Shown here one piece after another: positions 26,125 through 37,721 of a DNA stretch of 64,000 nt. The DNA comes from Mobula hypostoma (taxonomy: Eukaryota). The stretch is taken from assembly GCF_963921235.1 (NCBI RefSeq), contig NC_086097.1, positions 83,638,001 through 83,702,000 of the forward strand. Direction: 5' to 3'. Under the pieces are notes generated by a model. That model was not told the DNA's origin, searched no databases, and saw nothing but the letters and a program-made list of their open reading frames with translations. Position 1 is the stretch's first letter, and each line of letters opens with the position of its first letter. Position numbers and translations under genes: made by a program.

Positions 26125-27174
26125 TTAGCGGAAGTTAGAGAAGTCAATGTTCATGCCATCAGGTTGGAGGCTACCCAGACGGAATATAAGGTGTTGTTCC
26201 TCCAACCTGAGTGTGGCTTCATCTTTACAGTAGAGGAGGCCGTGGATAGACATGTCAGAATGGGAATGGGATGTGGAATTAAAATGTGTGGCCACTGGGA
26301 GATCCTGCTTTCTCTGGCGGACAGAGCGTAGATGTTCAGCAAAGCGGTCTTCCAGTCTGCGTCGGGTCTCACCAATATATAAAAGGCCACATCGGGAGCA
26401 CCGGACGCAGTATATCACCCCAGTCGACTCACAGGTGAAGTGATGCCTCACCTGGAAGGACTGTTTGGGGCCCTGAATGGTGGTAAGGGAGGAAGTGTAA
26501 GGGCATGTGTAGCACTTGTTCCGCTTACATGGATAAGTGCCAGGAGGGAGATCAGTGGGGAGGGATGGGGGGGACGAATGGACAAGGGAGTTGTGTAGGG
26601 AGCGATCCCTGCGGAATGCAGAGAGAGGGGGGGAGGGAAAGATGTGCTTAGTGGTGGGATCCTGTTGGAGGTGGCGGAAGTTACGAAGAATAATATGTTG
26701 GACCCGGAGGCTGGTGGGGTGGTAGGTGAGGACCAGGGGAACCCTATTCCTAGTGGGGTGGTGGGAGGATGGAGTGAGAGCAGATGTACGTGAAATGGTG
26801 GAGATGCGTTTAAGAGCAGAGTTGATAGTGGAGGAAGGGAAGCCCCTTTCTTTAAAAAATGAAGACATCTCCCTCGTCCTAGAATTGAAAGCCTCATTCT
26901 GAGAGCAGATGCGGCGGAGACGGAGGAATTGCGAGAAGGGGATGGCGTTTTTGCAAGAGACAGGGTGAGAAGAGGAATAGTCCAGATAGCTGTGAGAGTC
27001 AGTAGGCTTATAGTAGACATCAGTGGATAAGCTGTCTCCAGAGACAGAGACAGAAAGATCTAGAAAGGGGAGGGAGGTGTCGGAAATGGACCAGGTAAAC
27101 TTGAGGGCAGGGTGAAAGTTGGAGGCAAAGTTAATAAAGTCAGCGAGTTCTGCATGCGTGCAGGAAGCAGCGCC
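26125..27174 (-). pseudogene. Penelope ORF fragment: RT C-terminus/thumb, Cys-rich linker, GIY-YIG endonuclease
   Basis: Uninterrupted frame: FHPALKFT..LPFLDL..YYKPTDSHSYLDYSSSHP..QFLRLRRICS (PLE RT/thumb), CKRNKCYTC (Neptune-type linker), VIYCVRCSRCGLLYIGETRRRLEDRFAEH..EEQHLI..GMN (GIY-YIG). Truncated just downstream of where the YxDD motif would lie. Confidence 0.92.
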
Positions 27175-27607
27175 CATTCTGACATGTCTATCCACGGCCT
27201 CCTCTACTGTAAAGATGAAGCCACACTCAGGTTGGAGGAACAACACCTTATATTCCGTCTGGGTAGCCTCCAACCTGATGGCATGAACATTGACTTCTCT
27301 AACTTCCGCTAAGGCCCCACCTCCCCCTCGTACCCCATCTGTTACTCATTTTTATGCACACATTCTTTCTCTCACTCTCCTTTTTCTCCCTCTGTCCCTC
27401 TGAATATACCTCTTGCCCATCCTCTGGGTCACCCCCCCCCCCGTCTTTCTTCCCGGACCTCCTGTCCCATGATCCTCTCGTATCCCCTTTTGCCTATCAC
27501 CTGTCCAGCTCTCGGCTCTATCCCTCCCCCTCCTGTCTTCTCCTATCATTTTGCATCTCCCCCTCCCCCTCCAGCTTTCAAATCCCTTACTCACTCTTCC
27601 TTCAGTT

Positions 27608-27646
27608 AGTCCTGACGAAGGGTCGTCTCGGCCTGAAACGTCGACT
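27608..27646 (+). ncRNA. minimal type-I hammerhead ribozyme motif, right arm (sense to the host intron; 3-nt duplication in helix II)
   Basis: agtc-CTGACGA-agggtcgtctcggcct-GAAAC-GTC^-gact; predicted cleavage after 27642. Confidence 0.7.
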
Positions 27647-27944
27647 GCGCCTCTTCCTATAGATGCTGCTTGGCCTGCTGCGTTCACCAGCAACTTTGAT
27701 GTATGTTGCATAAATTATGTACAGTTTATTCAAGAAAACACATACAACTTATCCAAGAAAACACAGAACAGTTTTAGGGCAAAGTGGTCATGGTGTTGCT
27801 AGTGATTAGGGTTTTGCCACACAGCTGACAAAATAGCAGGAAGAGTCCATACAGTTTGCTCAGAAAGTACCTGGGATGCTCTCCATAGCCAAGCCAATGA
27901 ACGTAAGCGCAGAGAGGATGTGGTAGATTTGTTTCTCTTGCTTG

Positions 27945-28420
27945 TTAGGGTTTGGTAGAGTATTTTGTACAGTTCTAATCATTACATTGCAGGAAGGATG
28001 TGATTGCATTGTGAAGGGTGCGGAGAGGCCTTGTTACCAAGACTGGGAAATTTTAGCAGTGAGGTAATACGTGACAAAGTGGAGTTGCCTTCTTTGGAAC
28101 AGAGGAGGCTGAGGAGAAATTTAACTGGGGTCTATAAAGTTATGAGTAGGCTGAATTATAAAGGAAGAACCTATTTGCCATTGTGGGGCGGGGGGAGGTC
28201 ACAAAAATCATTTTGAAGTTATTAGTCAATGAAATTTTTTCAGCAAGAGTGTGATGATGCCTGAAACAGTGGTAGAAGCAGACACCTTCATCACTGTTTA
28301 GTGTGTGTTTAACCTGCAAGGTTCAGGTCATGCTGCTGGAAGTTAGAACTCAGCTAGTTCGATCTTTTCAATCAGCACAGATATAATGGACCAAATATTT
28401 TTGATTCCACTGTTCTATTG
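27945..28420 (+). mobile_element. old CR1 LINE 3' fragment
   Basis: LPSLEQRRLRRNLTGVYKVM, the CR1 ORF2 C-terminal motif. Confidence 0.65.
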
Positions 28421-28480
28421 GTCTGACCTTCCACCCTTTTCATTTGCAGGGTTCAACAGAGCACACAGGTTGGCGACTTG

Positions 28481-28579
28481 TGTCTGTTCTCAATGCCAGC
28501 CAGTCCATTTGGTGCCCATAGGGCATGGATTGTCTGTTCTCAATGCCAGCCAGTCTGTTTGGTGCCCATAGGGCATGGA
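28481..28579. repeat. 50-bp tandem duplication (2 copies)
   Basis: tgtctgttctcaatgccagccagt(cca/ctg)tttggtgcccatagggcatgga at 28481 and 28531; two adjacent mismatches. Confidence 0.95.
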
Positions 28580-30509
28580 GTGTTTGAATGAAGCATCAAA
28601 ACCCACATCGTGCTCCCTCCCCTCCCCCCCCCAACTTAGTTCTTTCTCACTCCTGGGTTTATCAAGTATTTTCTGCCCATATGTTACATAACCCAACACC
28701 ATTTGGCTCATTCCCTATGATCCTTATTTTTCGGCTTCAAGACACAAATATTTTAATAGTATGTTGCTTCTCCTCCAGCAACAGCTTGTGGAGGAGATTA
28801 TATTTTTATCACGCTCCCTGAAGATGTGAGCTTGTTAGTGCAAAGCAGCGCACTTTGCCAGCATACAGAGAACTAGCAAATGTAGAACGATGTGTTTTAC
28901 ACACACTGAAACAAGGAGCTAAACATCACAATGCAGTGTTAGCCATTTTAAACAAATAATAAACCTGCATACGAGATGAAAGGCACTAAGCTGAAAGGTT
29001 AGCCATGATCATATTGAATATAAAGAAGGGGCCCAGTGGTATGGTCCATTCCTATTTCTGTGACTTGAGGACTTTTGGACGGACACTTAACTACCTACAC
29101 ACGTCCCTGGGTGGTGTACATCCTCACTGTATTGACTCTTGGAATGGCCCTTCACTCAAGCTTCAGTTTATACAGGTCTTGAGCCTTGTGACTCGGAATT
29201 GATCAAAAGTCACCGTCCTTGCCCTTGGTGGCTTTTCCCTTTAACTGGCCACAACCCTTCTCCTGCCTCAAGGGTGTAGATTTGGCGTGAGCTTTAAAAC
29301 ACCAAACACGTCGGTAATGTGCCAAGTTAGACACAGATTAAACATTTCAGCCATTAAGTCTGGTCCTCTCTCTCCCCAGTGATGCTGAGCTTTGCCAGTT
29401 ATGGCATCTTCTGTTTATTTTATTACACGTTTAAGTATACGGCCTGTTAATGCGGAACGGAACGAGGCCTGGTGTTTGTGTGCACTCCCTAGGTTTTTTC
29501 CCTGAAGGCATCCTATGTCCTCTGAGACTCGGTGGGTTGATTTATCACTGAAAGTTGTCCCTACAGTTGAAACTCTAGCCCGGAACCCCTGGGACTGGAC
29601 TGGTGGTGGACTACAAAAATTGTCCTGAGAACCCCACTCTCCACCCCTCTTTAAATATATGCCTCAATCCTAAGTGTAGGCCACTCTGTATATTTATTGC
29701 TATGTCATAAAAGGTAGAATAAAAATTAAAATGGAAAAATAAGGCAATTAATTTCTTATATTGTTTGAAATATAATATGAAACCTATAACTAAAAAGTTA
29801 TATTGTACTTACATTTATAATTGAATTTATTATAAAGCTTGAAACAATAAATTTCGATGCAAATATAGACAACCTTAGTGGGTTGGTTGTGTGAACACAG
29901 CCATCTTAGTGGCCACACTGTGAAATACTGGTGCTGGATTCACAGTGCTTCTGACCATGGGAGTTGCCGGACCAGAGGGTTTCTGCAGTGTGTGGTATCC
30001 AGGGGAATTGACAGGAATGCCAGAGGAATAAAATGGGTTAGGTAGGATTAATGTGAATGGGGCTTGATTGTCAGCACAGACTTGGTGGGCTGAAAGCGCT
30101 GATTTGGTGTTGTCTCAGCCTCTAAATTCTAATGAACGTTGCAATGCCACCTCAGCCAGTACATACACTGTAGTGAAAGTAACGATCAGATTGATGGCTA
30201 GTAAGCTTACACAGATGTTGTTAAAATACCTCTGGAGTTGCTGAGGTAGTTAATTAAAACAGTTCTCTCAACAATGAATTTTCAGGGCACTGCTGAGAAG
30301 ATTTTCCTATATCTGATGAAATGAACAATTCACTGTCCAAATCACTTTGGCGATCAAGCAAACGCTGGACAATAATCACAGCTGCTCTATGAGTCTGAAT
30401 CACAAAACTTGAATCTTGCTGGTTTGACTGAGTTGCAGTAGACTATGTTATGATCGAAGGACCATTCCAGAAATTGATGTCCTAAGGATATATACCTTCC
30501 AGAGATTTA

Positions 30510-31300
30510 AATATGAGAACTTTGGGAGGAACGTTAGTAGTAGTGGGAGTAGCTTATATGGCCCTTCAGAACTGTCTGCTGTTCAGTATGGCCATTTAAC
30601 CTCAGCAACAACTACCTGAACTAATTACTTATTCCTTTATTCCCATAATATCCAATGATGTATTCGTCTCTTTCTTACCTATCCTCTTGAGTAGAGAATT
30701 CCAGATTACTACCCTCTCAGGGTTAGGAAATTTCTTCAAATCTGTCCTGAATGATTGACTCATTATTCTGGAACTTCGACCCTTAGTTCTGGACACCCTG
30801 GTCAATAAAAGCATAATTTCTAATTCTATCCTGTCAAGCTCTGTTAGAATTATCCATTTTCTCAATGCGGTGTCCTTCTAGTCTTCTGAATTTTATATAG
30901 TTTCAGCCCAATTGGCTTAACTTTTCTCCATTGGACAAATAGTCTCCCATCATCACTGGTATCAATCGGGTGAGCCTTCACTGGGTTTCCTCCATCACAA
31001 GTTTATCCTTGGATGTCAAAAGTAGAATATTCCATTTGTACTTCCACTCATTTGCTGTACCTGTGCATTAAATTGCAGTTATTAAGCAAAAATGCCCAGG
31101 TCTCTCTAAACACATACCTTTTTTCCCCTCAAAAGAGCACTTTGCTTTTCCATTATTTTTTTTCCTCAAGTGGATGACCTCACATTTTTTAAATGGTAGA
31201 TTCCATCTGCCTGGTCTTTGCCCTTTCCTTGAGCCTGTACCGATCCCCCTTAAAGCTGTGCTGCATTCATCTGCATAGCACACTACTGCCCAGCTTTGTA
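30510..31300 (-). mobile_element. old CR1 LINE fragments
   Basis: VSRTKGRSSRIMSQSFRT and KKCEVIHLRKKN in minus-strand ORFs; catatagaa-like tail near 30515. Confidence 0.65.
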
Positions 31301-31624
31301 TAAAGAACAGACACTGATGATTGTCATCTGTTTGATATTTATCGTGGATTCTGTGCCTTTTTTTTCCCACTCCAGCTCAAGTTGTGCATATTTCTCACAG
31401 CTCCTGGTAAAATCTGCTCCATTTTTGAGTGGTTGTCAATTATGCTGAAGTGATTGCATATGAATTCAGAGCTGCCATTTAATCATTGAGTGAATGACTT
31501 CTCCTTCTTTTCTTTGTTTATTGTAGCTGCCCACAGTCATATTAGCTTGATGCAAATGTATCCATGATTTTTGTTGAGGGTACAATGTGGTGCAATATTT
31601 TTGTTTTTTTAAAATCAGATATCC

Positions 31625-31830
31625 ATTTTTATTGCTATAGATGAATCCTCAGTTCATCCTGTTGCCTCATGGCTCCAGAGAACTGAATTTACCCCTGCCC
31701 TTGGTTGCTGTCTTTACAGAGTTTGCCTGTTTTCTCTGTGACTGCGTTTCCTATGGGTGCCCTGACATTCTCCCACGTCCCAAAGATGTGTGGGTTGGCA
31801 GGCTAATGGCAGTAAACTACTGCAAAATGT
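31625..31830 (+). mobile_element. V-SINE-like SINE
   Basis: gagtttgcctgttttctctgtgactgcgtttcctatgggtgccc..ctcccacgtcccaaagatgtgtgggttgg (V-domain). Confidence 0.7.
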
Positions 31831-32156
31831 CCTCTTGATGATGACAAAAAGAACCAAAAGAAAATTGATAATGTTAGAGAGAATAAATTGCAGGAGCACA
31901 GAGAGGGAATGGAATTGTGAGGTGAGGTGAGTAGAGTGGAGTGGGTAGAGAAGCATGATCCTGGAAGATGTCCATCTCAGTACCTGCCTTGTTTTGGTAG
32001 CTTTGAGACAGAATGACAGTACGATTGCATAAATCTGGCAGATTTTTTATGGCTGTGGAATGGTTGAGACCAACAAAGATGTTTAACCTGTTGCTTCTCA
32101 TATTTTAGAATCTCTTAAAGTATATTGACATAAGAGTTGAGGAAATTATTCTCGTA

Positions 32157-32735
32157 GGTGTCCTCTGGACCCTCTCCAATGCTAGCATATCCTTTCTCAG
32201 ATAAGGAGTCTAAAACTGCTTAGAATACTCCCAGTCTGACTAGTGCTTTATAAAGCCTCAGCATTACGTACTTGCTTTTATATTCTAGTCCTCTCAAAAT
32301 GAGTGCCCAAAATTACATTTGCTTTCTGCATGACCAACTAGACTATCACTACTGTCTACTAGGACTCAAAGACGGTTGAAGACCAGATGAATTGCAAGAT
32401 TGAAGTCAGTGTTGGGACCACTTCTTTTCACGTTATGAGTCAGTGATTTGGATGATGGAATTGATGGCCTTGTGGCCAGGTTTGCAGACAATATGAAGAT
32501 AGGCGGAGGGGTGGAGAGTGTTGAGGAAGCAAGGGGTCTGCTGATGGACTTGGACAGATTTGGAGAATGGGCAAAGAAGTGGCAGATGGACGACAGTGTG
32601 GGCAAGTGTCTGGTTATGCACTTTGGTAGAAGGAGTAAAGGCGAAGACTATTTTCTAAACAGGGAGCAAATTCAGCATCAGAGGAACAGGATTCTCTAAA
32701 CGTTAATGTGCAGGTTGAAATGGTAGAGAAAGCAA
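32157..32735. mobile_element. CR1 fragment with internal inversion (minus 32157-32340, plus 32400-32735)
   Basis: The plus part encodes ARFADNMKIGG..LDRFGEWAKKWQM..KCLVMHFG; the minus part encodes the next downstream segment (..RGLEYKSKYVMLRLYKALVR..). Confidence 0.75.
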
Positions 32736-34779
32736 CAGCTAAGCAGCTAACAATATTCTACAGGGAAGGCACTTACTCTTATTGGGTTTGTGGTAAGAAC
32801 ACATGCACAGTTCTCTCATTCTTGAATAATAAGAAGGCCCATTTTAATATATCCTTGTGACCTTGCCTCTCATTGTCTCCGGTAGTTTCCGCTGCCCTTC
32901 AAATCATCATAGTAGATGAACTACTTTGTGCCTATCTCAAACTGAATGCTTTAATGCTCTGTGTTTTTTGAAAAGTTCCTGGGTTCTGTGGAAGTTTACA
33001 GTGAGCTGGTGTTGGCAAGAAGCAACTTAGATTCATTATCCTACCTACTCTGTTATTTACTGGCTGGGCCATCTTAAAGCCAGAGAATGTTCATTTAATT
33101 TTCTTCCTACCGAGGGAAGATTTGCTTTTTTTCCCACAGTACGGCTTTGGATTCTGCAAACATTGGGTGTTTGACCTTTTCTGATGATGAATACTGCACA
33201 GTTCTGGGAATAGTCAATTAAGGAAGGGAGGGGAGAATCGCACATTTCCTCACCAAGCCAAGGATCCAGAGGACTGCTGAGTAGTGTTCTGTCCCAGTCC
33301 ATGTTCAGGAAACCTACATAACTCACTTCCAGCCCACTGAGATGCAAATAGATAGAGAAAAGCCAAGGTACCTGAATGGCAACTTGGCCCTCTGAAATTG
33401 TCTCACTTTGTTTTTAGGCAGTTCTTCTGATTTAACTATGTTCAATTTTTGGGCGGGAACGATATAAAAATTGTGCTCTTTGCTTCTTGATGGTATTGTG
33501 AACTTGATGCTCTGCTCAGCAGAGGGGTTGCTTTTATACAGGGCCTTTTGCATCCTCAGGGTGGCCCAAAAAGTTATGTAGCTGTTGACTTGCCTTTTAT
33601 CTGTTGCTGAAGACAGCAGGCACGCCTGTGCAGAGGCAAGGCTTGCCGACTATTGAGGTGAATTACCAGTTTGAGTTCGGGTGTGAATTTGTCACCAGGC
33701 CATCAGCGGAATTGCTTTGAGAGGAGGGCTGGAAGAAATGGCACAGCATCTTTTCCATCCATTTCTAGGACCAGATGGGCTTTTGGCTCAGGATCTCAGC
33801 AGAAAGCGTGTGCCTTGGCAACGTGTCACTGCAATAAGTGTGAACCTTGGGTGGGTGATGGAAGGAGGTCATCGGAAACCCTACTGCCAGTGCAGTAGAT
33901 GCTCCCAGTCAGCCCCTGCTGACCCACAGTGGCTGTCATTTGGACGGTGCCCAACTCTAAAATCCTCACTCATATTTTCAGATATCCTTGTGACCTTGCC
34001 TCTCACTGTCTCCTGTAGTTTCTGCTCACCCTTGAACCATCCAAGATATTTTCATTTTCTCTTTCTGGCTGCTTGATTGTCCTTAAAATATATTTATTCT
34101 GCCACTTTTTTTTTGGTAGATTTTCAAGGTCAAAGATTTCATGCTTCCAGTCCATTCTGATAAGTCAAAGTTGCCAGTGCCCAACTTCCTTTAATGTAGG
34201 GCTGCCTTTGCACGTCAAATGCCACATGGATTTGAGAGATCTTGGTCCAATTCAAGGACATCCAAGGTGACTGTAGATCAGGTTTTGCTGCATCGACTTG
34301 GCACAAACGCATTCATGAACATACTGATACACACACATACAAGAGCTATTAGAGGTATCTTCTCAGAAAAAGTATTAAATTGAGGCACCTTTCTAACTGC
34401 CTTTTCAAAATGTTGACTTTAAAGGTACAAAAGTTCAATTTATTGTCAAAGTATACATACATGTACAATACAACTCTGATCTTTGTCTTCTCCAGATAGT
34501 CATGAAATACAGCAGGACCATGGGGGTTGATGAAAAGAAAGACATCAACTCCACCCCCTGACATGAAAAAGAAAAGGAACAAAACTTGCATACCCCAAAA
34601 TCCACCACCCCCTTCCAAAAAAAACAGTGACAATAGCATCAAATCCCCACCCCTCCCGCAAAAAAAAACAATAGCAATCCCTGGCCCCCTCATTCACAGC
34701 GAAAAATAACGACAATAACATCCCCAATGCACAGCAGGGTTTTGGTAGCATCCTGGTGAAAGTTTATTGCTCAGTCAAT

Positions 34780-35170
34780 ATCAAGTTAAATAACATCTTA
34801 TTTTTAGAAGTCTCGCAGTTGTTTTTGGGAACCTTTATGACCTTGCCCATCATTATCTCCAATAATTTCCTCCATCCCAGTGAACCTTCAGGTTCCTGCA
34901 TTTTGATGGTCTCTCAGATACATTCACTCCATCACCAGTCAGTGTCTTCGGCTATCACACTATAGGCTGTAGTATTACCTTTCCAAATTTAATCACCATC
35001 CTGTCTCCTTTTAAGCTGCCCTTTAAAGCGTACCTCTCTGATCAAAATTTAATTAAATATTCTGATATCTCATGGGCAACTGGGTGTTTAATTTTAATAG
35101 ATAATAATACTGAAAAATGCCTTGAGGTAATTTGCTGCTTTAAAGATGATGTGTAAATACAAAATGGTGA
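34780..35170 (+). mobile_element. L2-clade LINE 3' remnant (related short pieces at 32850-32910 and 33955-34045; a minus-strand L2 tail at ~35660-35730)
   Basis: atgaccttgcccatcattatctcc and tgaaaaatgccttgagg..taaagatgatgtgtaaatacaa resemble L2 3' ends; aataactttatttatatagcacc..aaagtgctttaca at 35670 is the reverse-complement tail. Confidence 0.5.
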
Positions 35171-36728
35171 TGGTTTCTATTGGAGTTTAAAGAGCTGGTG
35201 AATTTACTGGTTCTAGGTCAGAGCGGGAAAAGGTATTGAAGCTGGAGGAGAAATGCCGACTTGTCAAAGAAATGGGAAACTAACTGGGTGTGGATGAGAA
35301 TCAGCGGAATAGACCACTGGGAGTGACTAAGATGGAGGGTCAAGATTCTCATTGTAATCCTATTTTAATACCAGATATGAACTTCAGCACTTCCAAGTCA
35401 GAAAGGAATCTTTTTGTAAAAAGATTAGCTTATTGCAGAATGTAGTAAACATTCTACAGGGTGCCTTTGCTACCACATCGTGTAGTTTTATTTTAGTACG
35501 TTTTTGAACTGTGGACTTTTGACTTTTGAACCTTGTATCAAATCATGAAAAATCAAACCACTAAAGATGGAGTTTGGTTTCAAATACAGCTTGTGATAAT
35601 TACATTGTGGGCTGGAACACTTCATATGAGAGGTATCGGAAGTGCTGTAGAATGTTCAGTAACAATAATAATAACTTTATTTATATAGCACCCTTCATAC
35701 ATTAAGATGCAGGCTTAAAGTGCTTTACATAGGCTGTAAAGATAAATCAATGAGACAAAATTAAAAATCGTAAGTAAACACAAAACATTATATAGAATAA
35801 AATATAATCAAATATACCAAATGTAATCTGCATTCTATAATGAACACCCTTGCTTATTACATTTGAACATCTTCAAATAGACTGAACTCACAATTTCTTG
35901 CTGATTTTCTTAGTATATCAGCACATCAATAATTTAAATAACGCCCCATAATCTAGTAAGGCTGAACACTGTGCTTTTTAAAAACTCTGCTTCGCATGTG
36001 TTTTTTAAAACGATCGATTAAAGTTGCCTCTGCTTTTTTTTTTCTTATTTTACCAATGTGGGGTTGCGTAATTGAATTTAGCACTGTGTAAAGCAAAAAG
36101 AGCTTTTTGAATCATCCAAAGGCACCTCATAAGGAAATACCAAAGTAATTGACGTATTTTACAATATAAGATTATGAATATAAGAATACTATACTTGTAA
36201 TTTATCATTTATGGCTATACAATCAATGTACAGTATGTATATAATAAGAAATCTTATGTATTTACAGTACTGTGCAAAAGCCTCAGGAATATACATAGCC
36301 AGCTGCATAAAAATCTAGTAATTTTATGTATTGCACTGTACTGATGCTGCAAAAATTATTTTATGACATTTGTGAGTGATGATAAGCCTGATTCTGACAT
36401 GGGTCTCTATTGTGGACTCGTAATAGGGTGGGAAGGGGGGCAGGGAGAAGGGATCATGATTGGGATAAGGGGAAGGGAGAGGGAAGGGAACGGGTAGCAC
36501 CAGAGAGACATTCTGTAATGATCAATAAACCAATTGTTTGGAATCAAATGACCTTGCCTGGTGTCTCAGGGCTGAGTGTGTCTGCACCTGTGCCAACCCC
36601 CTCCCCCCACCGCCCAGCACTCTGCCACCTGTCCCACACCTCTCCCACAGTGCTCCACCCTCGCCATTCCCAACATCCTTCGCTCCTTCCAGATTTACAA
36701 ACTCACTCTCTGCTCCATGTTGACAAAT

Positions 36729-36797
36729 CAGTACTGTGCAAAAATCTTAGGCACCCTAGCTATATATATGTGCTTAAGACTTTTACAGAGTGTTGTA
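36729..36797. mobile_element. ~70-bp Tc1/mariner-type micro-MITE (near-palindrome)
   Basis: cagtactgtgcaaaaatcttaggcac-cctagctatatatat-gtgcttaagacttttacagagtgttg; a second, more decayed copy starts at 36264 (ta-cagtactgtgcaaaagcctcagg). Confidence 0.6.
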
Positions 36798-37721
36798 TAC
36801 ATACTGTGTTTTGTTATTAATATGTTCTTTACCTTTTTTTTGTGTTGCATTGGATCCAGAGTGAAGAATTCTTTTGTTCTCCTCTACACTTGTGTACTGG
36901 AAATGACATTAAACAATCTTGAATTAGTCTTGATGTATTAGAGGAGATAAACCATTGGAAGTCGATAATGGACAACAGAATTTTAGGTATAATGAGAGCA
37001 ACTTAAGGTGTGAGATAGGTGGGAAGAGTACTGGAGTAATAATGTGTGGTGGTTACTAAGGTCTGAATGAGTTTTTCATCATAGACGGGTTGGTGTTGAA
37101 AAGGAAGTGGGATGATGCAGTTAAATAATGAGACAGGTTTGGTGGTGGGATGAATTTGGGTCAGAAGACTTTTTAGTAGATTGTAAATGTTGTAATTTTA
37201 GCCTGAGAAGGAGCCGGTCATATGGGTACAGAAGTAATACTGGATTTAACATATTGTTTGGAAGTACATGTAATGTATTTAAGTGACCTTTTAAGAACTG
37301 TGGGTCAGCTGATCTGCATTAGCGGATTGTTGTACAAGCCTCTGCTGTTTAGTTTCGAGTTCCTGCCTTCAGTAAAGGATGTCCTGTTGATGGTTCTACC
37401 TCCGTAATTTGCCTTTGCAAGCAGTGATTCTAAACGAACCGGCAGATACTGAATGGTATTGACTATTTCGGGCAGAATGTTAGAAGAATAGTCTGACAGC
37501 AGAGAGACATTAGAGGTAGAGCCGTTTGTCACTGATACAACAGATGAAGCTGGTGCAGTGGTTTTAGTTGAATGCAAGAATTACTTTGAACCTTAGCTAG
37601 ACTTCTCTCTGCAAATTTCTGAGATAACGCAATGAGTCTGCATAAATGCTGACACCTGGTTTTGTTTTGTGCATTGAAAGTTTAAAAATTGAAGCCAATA
37701 TAAAAATTCTTGGAAATGAGT

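Larger units (their letters stand above)
25736..27708 (-). mobile_element. young Penelope-like retroelement (Neptune-type), 5'-truncated, with ~530-bp inverted terminal arms and 15-bp TSD
   Basis: Inverted arms 25734-26264 / 27173-27708; TSD cataaattatgtaca at 25721-25735 and 27709-27723; interrupts an older Rex1-type tail that starts at ~25593. Confidence 0.93.

Noticed and set aside
26125-27273. 382-aa ORF as an intact gene
   Set aside because: The first ~33 codons are the antisense reading of the inverted arm. The genuine Penelope frame is 5'-truncated and lacks the RT catalytic core, so it is not autonomous.
27112-27312. 66-aa ORF repeating the C-terminus of the 382-aa ORF
   Set aside because: A by-product of the inverted duplication, not a separate gene.
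25734-27708. Interpretation as a DNA transposon (TIR + TSD)
   Set aside because: The internal sequence is Penelope RT/GIY-YIG, and the arms are retroelement 3' ends with no transposase or superfamily-type terminal motif.
32848-34045. ~60-bp direct repeats 1.1 kb apart as LTRs of a small element
   Set aside because: They resemble L2 3' fragments, with a third related piece at ~34835; no TG..CA ends, PBS/PPT or TSD seen.
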